Origin: a virus
DNA: 5,768 bases
IMG/VR virus record: IMGVR_UViG_3300029495_000075
Coordinates: 1 to 5,768 of that record
Reading direction: 5' to 3' (one strand)
A model generated the notes under the pieces. That model saw nothing but the letters and a program-made list of their open reading frames with translations. It ran no database searches and was not told where the DNA came from. This document shows, in pieces, positions 1 to 3,569 of this stretch (its first letter is position 1; every line of letters begins with the position of its first letter). A program made the translations under genes and the position numbers.

Positions 1-123
1 GGACATGATAGCGGCGGGCATCAATCCAATACTAGCGGCAAACAACGGCGCTACAGCAACACCAAGCGGAGCAAGTGCAAGCATCGGAACACAGCATTAC
101 AACCAGCAGAGCGCACAAGCGGC
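1..123. repeat. Left copy of the direct terminal repeat (identical to 5646..5768); assembly overlap of a circular genome
   Basis: Base-by-base comparison of 1..123 with 5646..5768 shows identity. The repeat lies inside a continuous ORF (VP2). Confidence 0.95.
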
Positions 124-502
124 GGCAGTGTCAGCGATGTATGAATACGGTAACAATACCGCAGAGTTAGCAAACAGATACCTGGAACTGGCAAAAAAAA
201 GCACAAGCGCGAAACAGTACCATTCTGCAAAAAGCTTTAAAGAAGCAGCAAGCAGTTTAGCACAGTCAAGCGCAAAACAGGTCAGCAATTACAACTATGC
301 GGCAAACAACTTACTCAACGAGTTGGGAGACGCAGGAGACAAGCTAAAAGACGCAGGAGAAAAGGCGGCCGAATCAGCAAAAGGCGCAGGAAGAAAAGCA
401 GCATCGGCCTTTAAAGACAGTTGGGAAAAAGGCGGGAAAAACATCACACCATACACGTCAATCAATCCTAACCAGATAATGGGCGCGTATAGAGGAGATT
501 AA
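1..502 (+). CDS. VP2: VP2 minor capsid / DNA pilot protein, C-terminal part. It continues the ORF that starts at 5257; the whole gene is 891 nt (296 aa) on the circle.
   Basis: The frame is continuous across the junction (codon at 5650 = codon at 5). The motif AERAFAKEMRGTAYQDTVKDMIAAGINPILAA matches the conserved gokushovirus VP2 core (..NTAYQR.V.D...AG.NP.L). The rest is Ala/Ser/Gln/Asn-rich. Stop TAA at 500..502. Confidence 0.8.
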   Translation, partial: DMIAAGINPILAANNGATATPSGASASIGTQHYNQQSAQAAAVSAMYEYGNNTAELANRYLELAKKSTSAKQYHSAKSFKEAASSLAQSSAKQVSNYNYAANNLLNELGDAGDKLKDAGEKAAESAKGAGRKAASAFKDSWEKGGKNITPYTSINPNQIMGAYRGD

Positions 503-680
503 GTTTTCAACAGTTTCAACAGTTTCAACAGGTTTTCAACAAAGAAATACACAAAAAAAATTGGCAATTTAACGAACTTTCAACAATTCAACAAGTTTTA
601 AACAAAAATTTCAACAAGAAAGAAGGCGATAAATATGCGTATCAACGCTAAAAATTAGACTTTTCAACAGTTTCAACAGA
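503..680 (+). repeat. Iteron-like array of the heptamer TTCAACA (often TTTCAACAG), all in one orientation
   Basis: Exact copies start at 506, 515, 524, 535, 579, 587, 610, 663 and 672. Degenerate copies are TTAAACA 598..604, ATCAACG 641..647 and GTCAACT 734..740. The first block has 9,9,11-nt spacing. The region is non-coding. Confidence 0.85.
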
Positions 681-682
681 CC

Positions 683-697
683 CTACTACTACTACTA
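683..697. repeat. Trinucleotide microsatellite (CTA)5
   Basis: ccCTACTACTACTACTAcaaaa read directly, in the intergenic region. Confidence 0.9.
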
Positions 698-739
698 CAA
701 AAAGTAATATATAAAGAAAAAAGAAAGAGAGGTGTCAAC

Positions 740-770
740 TGGCGCAAGATAGACAAGTAATCTTGCGCCA
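740..770 (+). promoter_or_regulatory. Perfect hairpin (11-bp stem, 9-nt loop AGACAAGTA) 5 nt upstream of the rep start. Candidate replication-origin stem-loop and/or translation-control element.
   Basis: TGGCGCAAGAT (740..750) pairs with ATCTTGCGCCA (760..770) with no mismatch. An SD-like GAGGTG at 729..734 lies 5 nt upstream of the stem, and an iteron-like TCAACT abuts the stem base. Confidence 0.6.
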
Positions 771-775
771 AACCT

Positions 776-1771
776 ATGCCATGTACAAACCCGAATGTTT
801 TCCAGATGAACACGAAAAAGCCAACCATGTGGGGAAGTCTAAACTACCTAAAGAAACAGGACCTAGAACAAACCATCATGGACGGCGTAAAAAAAGGAAA
901 CCTCGCATTATTGCCATGCGGAAAATGTGAATACTGCCGAAAACAGATGGCAGACCAATGGGCAACGAGAATAGAACTAGAGGCCCAAAAATGGAAAGAT
1001 GTGATTTTCGTTACAATGACCTACGATGAAGAACATGTTCCATACGGCGAAATTCTAAAAGGCTACCAAAGTATTCAATCTCAAACAGTAAGCAAAAGAG
1101 ACGTGCAGCTTTTTCTAAAGCGTCTCAGAAAAGCATACAAGAAACCGATAAAATACTTCATAGCAGGAGAGTACGGAGACAGAACAAAAAGACCACACTA
1201 CCACGGAATTTTTTTTGGACTAAAACCAGAGGATGGAGTATGGTACAAAAACCAAAAGGGCAACGCATACTTTAAGAGCGAATGGCTAACGAACTTATGG
1301 GGAAAAGGATTTGTAGACTTTTCCCCAGCAGCACCAGGCTCATACGCATATGTGGCACAGTACGTGAATAAAAAAGCAATCGGCGCAGAGCAGAGCACAA
1401 AATACTGGATGCAAGGCCGTGAGCCAGAGTTTAGAATCATGTCAAAAGGCATCGGGGAAAAGTACCTAAAAGAGCACATGAACGAAATACTAGAAACCGA
1501 CAACATCACATGCGCAGGAGGGCGGCAGAAAAGGCCACCAAGGTACTTTGATAAGCTACTTGATAAGGATACCAGCAAAGACACTGAAAACTATTTCAAG
1601 GCCCATTCTGACGAGCTGACAGCAGTGAGAGCCAAAAGACGAAGAAACGCAGTGCTAAGCCTTGTAAACTTAGAGCAAAACACCAGTGTTCCATACTCAA
1701 CATACCTAGAAATACAAAAAGAAAAAGACAAGCAAAAACAAAAGTGGAGAGAACCGAAAGAAACCTTATAG
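776..1771 (+). CDS. VP4: VP4 replication initiation protein (HUH rolling-circle endonuclease)
   Basis: The N-terminus MPCTNP.. and the Cys cluster PCGKCEYCR are typical of gokushovirus VP4. Motif 1 is FVTMTY. The HUH motif is PHYHGIFFG (HYH at 1196..1204). The catalytic tyrosine pair YVAQY sits at 1349..1351 and 1361..1363, followed by VNKK. Stop TAG at 1769..1771. Confidence 0.92.
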   Translation: MPCTNPNVFQMNTKKPTMWGSLNYLKKQDLEQTIMDGVKKGNLALLPCGKCEYCRKQMADQWATRIELEAQKWKDVIFVTMTYDEEHVPYGEILKGYQSIQSQTVSKRDVQLFLKRLRKAYKKPIKYFIAGEYGDRTKRPHYHGIFFGLKPEDGVWYKNQKGNAYFKSEWLTNLWGKGFVDFSPAAPGSYAYVAQYVNKKAIGAEQSTKYWMQGREPEFRIMSKGIGEKYLKEHMNEILETDNITCAGGRQKRPPRYFDKLLDKDTSKDTENYFKAHSDELTAVRAKRRRNAVLSLVNLEQNTSVPYSTYLEIQKEKDKQKQKWREPKETL

Positions 1772-1851
1772 CCAATAAAACAGGGAAAGCAGCGGCGGCA
1801 AAGTCTGACGGAGCGCGCCGACAATCTGACCTGCAAGCCGGTCTTGTCAAG

Positions 1852-1887
1852 AGGAGCGCCCGCGGGCGAGAGTTTAAAAGCGCTCCT
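1852..1887 (+). other. GC-rich stem-loop (8-bp stem AGGAGCGC/GCGCTCCT, 20-nt loop) overlapping a 10-bp palindrome GCCCGCGGGC (1858..1867)
   Basis: Read directly. It lies in a locally GC-rich non-coding island downstream of VP4. A second GGAGCGC copy at 1810..1816 can pair alternatively with GCGCTCC at 1880..1886. Confidence 0.45.
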
Positions 1888-1922
1888 ATCCTAGGGAAAA
1901 TGGAAAAAACCTCAAAAAAAGG

Positions 1923-1951
1923 TTGACTTTTTACCAAAAAAATGGTATAAT
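1923..1951 (+). promoter_or_regulatory. Near-consensus sigma70/sigmaA promoter P1: TTGACT, 17-nt spacer, TATAAT, with an extended -10 TG
   Basis: TTGACT at 1923..1928, a 17-nt spacer, TG at 1943..1944 and TATAAT at 1946..1951. It lies in a non-coding region 28 nt upstream of the 59-aa ORF start. Confidence 0.75.
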
Positions 1952-1978
1952 ATAATCGCAGAAAGGATGATGTAAACC

Positions 1979-2158
1979 ATGAAACAAAAAGAATATAAGT
2001 TCATTGCCCACATCACGCACAAAGACATGACAACAGAAGATAATATGTTCATCGACTACACCGCGAGCGCACGTTGCAGGGCGAGTAAAACAGCACAAAG
2101 ACAAGACGTAGAATCTGTACACCTTTACCGCATTGACAAAACAGAGATTTTTACATAA
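1979..2158 (+). CDS. Hypothetical 59-aa protein (MKQKEYKFIAHITHKDMTTEDNMFIDYTASARCRASKTAQRQDVESVHLYRIDKTEIFT), below the ORF-track cutoff
   Basis: ATG at 1979 is preceded by AGAAAGGA (1960..1967). The ORF is flanked by promoter P1 and a strong intrinsic terminator. Stop TAA at 2156..2158. I recognise no family. Confidence 0.6.
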   Translation: MKQKEYKFIAHITHKDMTTEDNMFIDYTASARCRASKTAQRQDVESVHLYRIDKTEIFT

Positions 2159-2161
2159 AAT
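2133..2161 (+). promoter_or_regulatory. Second near-consensus promoter P2: TTGACA, 17-nt spacer, TAAAAT
   Basis: TTGACA at 2133..2138, a 17-nt spacer (2139..2155) and TAAAAT at 2156..2161. It overlaps the 3' end of the 59-aa ORF. The predicted start near 2168 falls inside the 5' arm of the terminator stem. Confidence 0.5.
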
Positions 2162-2163
2162 AG

Positions 2164-2200
2164 AGGCAGGAAGCCAAAAAGGTTTCCTGCCTTTTATATT
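2164..2200 (+). terminator. Rho-independent terminator after the 59-aa ORF
   Basis: A 12-bp stem (2164..2175 with 2181..2192, one G-U pair), a 5-nt loop AAAAA, then TTTATATTT. Confidence 0.8.
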
Positions 2201-2220
2201 TAAAAGAAAGGGGGAACACA

Positions 2221-2337
2221 ATGGCACATCGTAGCGGCGCAGGCCGTGGCGACCAGCGGAAGTTTACACAAACCGCAAAGCGGACGAAAAACATCAACGT
2301 CCGACCGAAGGTAAGCCGGGGCGGCATCCGGCTGTAA
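2221..2337 (+). CDS. Small basic DNA-binding/packaging protein, 38 aa (gokushovirus ORF8 type; functional analogue of phiX174 J): MAHRSGAGRGDQRKFTQTAKRTKNINVRPKVSRGGIRL
   Basis: An SD AGAAAGGGGG (2205..2214) lies 6 nt before the ATG. The protein has about 11 Arg/Lys in 38 aa. From memory, the C-terminal RGGIRL resembles the ..MRGGIRF end of chlamydiaphage ORF8. Stop TAA at 2335..2337. Confidence 0.72.
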   Translation: MAHRSGAGRGDQRKFTQTAKRTKNINVRPKVSRGGIRL

Positions 2338-2371
2338 TGTTCCAAACGGAACAATGAAAGGAGGTGAACAA

Positions 2372-2479
2372 ATGGACTTTAATGAAAGCATGAACATTTT
2401 TTTGAAAATCCTCGCAATGCTGGATAAAATTTACCACGCAATTGTGAAGGAAGAGGAAGAGACTGAAGAGGAGGAGTAA
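2372..2479 (+). CDS. 35-aa peptide MDFNESMNIFLKILAMLDKIYHAIVKEEEETEEEE: an amphipathic hydrophobic helix plus a poly-acidic tail. Candidate lysis accessory or membrane-active factor.
   Basis: GAAAGGAGGTGA (2357..2368) is a perfect 12-nt anti-SD complement and lies 3 nt before the ATG at 2372. Its TAA (2477..2479) ends 1 nt before the GTG start of the peptidase gene. The peptidase SD is embedded in its Glu codons. Confidence 0.65.
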   Translation: MDFNESMNIFLKILAMLDKIYHAIVKEEEETEEEE

Positions 2480-2480
2480 G

Positions 2481-2876
2481 GTGGAACGTGAAGAATACAG
2501 CTTATTTAATCAGAGCACCCACCAAATAAGTGAACACTTCAAAGTAAGAGAATTTGCACAAAAAGACTTCCGATGTGACAAGGTAATTGTAGACAGAGAA
2601 CTTATAGACGTTTTGGAAGATATACGCGCACATTTCAACAAACCGGTGATTGTAACATCTGGATACCGGACACCAGAATACAACGCAAAAATCGGCGGTG
2701 TAAAAAACTCACAACACACAAAAGGCGCAGCGGCTGATATCCAAGTATCTGATATTCCGGCAAGATGGATACAAAAGTATCTGAAAGACAAATACCCGGA
2801 TAAATACGGCATCGGAAGTTATTTAACTTTTACACACATCGACGTAAGAACTAAAAAAGCACGTTGGAGGGGCTAA
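2481..2876 (+). CDS. Peptidase_M15 (M15_3/YcbK-like, LAS-fold zinc D,D- or L,D-peptidase): putative peptidoglycan hydrolase / endolysin, 131 aa
   Basis: GTG start with GGAGG (2470..2474) 6 nt upstream. Motifs are FKVREF..C, VTSGYRTPEYNAKIGGVKNSQH, KGAAAD and FTHIDVR. They give the H-x6-D...H zinc triad (H79, D86, H119). No N-terminal signal peptide is visible. Confidence 0.85.
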   Translation: MEREEYSLFNQSTHQISEHFKVREFAQKDFRCDKVIVDRELIDVLEDIRAHFNKPVIVTSGYRTPEYNAKIGGVKNSQHTKGAAADIQVSDIPARWIQKYLKDKYPDKYGIGSYLTFTHIDVRTKKARWRG

Positions 2877-2879
2877 AAA

Positions 2880-3134
2880 ATGACACTGAAATTCTACAGT
2901 TTTCATGATGCAATCACGAATGGATACAGCAGTCCTTTCTTACAGCAGAACAGGGCGCAGGCAATCCGCACTGCAAAGTGGAAAGCAAACGAATCAAAAA
3001 TGCAGGAAATCGAGGACATCAGCCTTATGGAGCTGGGCGACTTCGACACCGAAACCGGCGAAATGTTCGGAGCGAAACCAAACCAGCTGTGCAAACTAGT
3101 AGACCTTAAGGAGACGTACAATGTTAAATCCTAA
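2880..3134 (+). CDS. VP5: Conserved gokushovirus non-structural protein (VP5-like), 84 aa
   Basis: GGAGG (2866..2870) lies 9 nt upstream. The pattern ..SSPF....N.AQAIR......EDISLMELGDFDTETGE....P..L matches the small conserved gokushovirus protein as I remember it (PF...A.R.F...P.D..L...G.FD..TG). Confidence 0.6.
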   Translation: MTLKFYSFHDAITNGYSSPFLQQNRAQAIRTAKWKANESKMQEIEDISLMELGDFDTETGEMFGAKPNQLCKLVDLKETYNVKS

Positions 3135-3540
3135 CGTTCTAGTGCGATACTACGGAATACCAACCGAAAGAGTGACAAGCAAAACCGGCAGCGAAACAGC
3201 ACCAACGTGGAAAGCGGTAAAGCGACCAAACGGCACAACGGACTACATCCGACAACCGGATGAAAATGTCTACGAAAAAATTCAAAAGGCAGGCGAAGGA
3301 TACGACCTCGCAAGCGCAATCGCGAGACTAGAAGCCGGAGATTTTTCCATCAAAGCAAAGAGCACAATCTACACAGAGGGCACGCCACTGGAAAATCTGC
3401 CTAAAGACATTGTGACGATGCACGAAACGGCACAGAGGGCGGCGGAAACGCTGGAAGAGCTGAAACAGAAACAGCAGACCGAACAGCCGAAGCCGGAAGA
3501 AAAAAAGGAAGAGGTGAAGCAGAACGAACCGGAACAGTGA
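3121..3540 (+). CDS. VP3: Putative internal scaffolding protein (VP3-like), 139 aa with a charged KQKQQTEQPKPEEKKEEVKQNEPEQ tail
   Basis: AAGGAG (3108..3113) lies 7 nt upstream. It overlaps the previous ORF by 14 nt. Its position immediately upstream of VP1, its size and the segment Y.EGTPLENLPKD......A..A.E.LEEL loosely resemble gokushovirus VP3. The family call is tentative. Confidence 0.5.
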   Translation: MLNPNVLVRYYGIPTERVTSKTGSETAPTWKAVKRPNGTTDYIRQPDENVYEKIQKAGEGYDLASAIARLEAGDFSIKAKSTIYTEGTPLENLPKDIVTMHETAQRAAETLEELKQKQQTEQPKPEEKKEEVKQNEPEQ

Positions 3541-3543
3541 AAA

Positions 3544-3569
3544 CCATTTCGCGCAAGTGCCGCGAATGG
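3544..3569 (+). promoter_or_regulatory. Hairpin enclosing the VP1 initiation region (9 bp with one bulge, 7-nt loop CAAGTGC)
   Basis: CCATT(T)CGCG (3544..3553) pairs with CGCGAATGG (3561..3569). The GTG at 3557 is in the loop and the ATG at 3566 is in the 3' arm. There is no adjacent SD. Confidence 0.35.

Noticed and set aside
1-123. The terminal repeat as a biological DTR or packaging end
   Set aside because: Microviridae genomes are circular ssDNA, and the repeat sits inside a continuous ORF. An assembly overlap is the simple explanation.
97-288. Minus-strand ORF 97..288 (63 aa)
   Set aside because: It is antisense to VP2, has no RBS and is explained by the same compositional effect.
561-590. 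TTGGCA (561..566) as a -35 element for a rep promoter
   Set aside because: No acceptable -10 hexamer lies at 16 to 18-nt spacing (ACAATT, CAATTC, AATTCA). Other -10-like strings near 705..715 lack a -35 partner.
635-658. A mini-ORF ATGCGTATCAACGCTAAAAATTAG (7 aa) in the intergenic region, and ATGATGTAA at 1967..1975
   Set aside because: They are too short to evaluate and have no convincing RBS spacing. They are probably fortuitous.
503-680. The repeat array as a CRISPR array
   Set aside because: The repeat unit is only 7 to 9 nt, several copies are directly tandem without spacers, and the array is far too short. This is not CRISPR architecture.
700-725. An XerC/D dif-like site (AGTAATATATAAAG) that could mediate chromosomal integration, as reported for some gokushoviruses
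   Set aside because: Only the AT-rich centre resembles dif. The flanking XerD-arm consensus (TTATGTTAAAT or TTATGTAAACT) is absent. A weak ATAATATGTTCAT at about 2039..2051 lies inside a coding region.
1769-1894. Possible read-through or recoding of the VP4 TAG stop. It is the only TAG stop in the genome, and the frame stays open for 40 more codons to TAG 1892..1894.
   Set aside because: The open frame is plausibly due to the local scarcity of stop codons. The other eight genes end in TAA (7) or TGA (1), which says nothing about TAG reassignment, and I saw no in-frame TAG inside the well-supported genes.
1744-1926. A + strand 60-aa basic ORF (GTG start) spanning the GC-rich island
   Set aside because: It has no SD. 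Two of the three + frames are open here simply because the island is GC-rich. I treat the region as structured non-coding DNA, though a real small basic protein cannot be excluded.
1198-1937. Minus-strand ORFs 1198..1584 (128 aa), 1591..1836 (81 aa) and 1596..1937 (113 aa)
   Set aside because: They are antisense to, or overlap the end of, the well-supported VP4 gene. Their translations are low-complexity and rich in Cys, Phe, Ser and Leu. Microviridae transcribe only one strand, and a T-poor + strand depletes stops on the minus strand.
1931-2397. Minus-strand ORFs 1931..2227, 2151..2354 and 2200..2397
   Set aside because: They lie opposite three + strand small ORFs that each have strong SDs, promoters and a terminator. 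The antisense products are Cys/Phe-rich and have no start context.
2905-3099. A + strand 64-aa ORF overlapping the VP5-like gene in another frame
   Set aside because: It has no RBS, lies wholly inside a motif-supported gene and encodes a basic low-complexity product.
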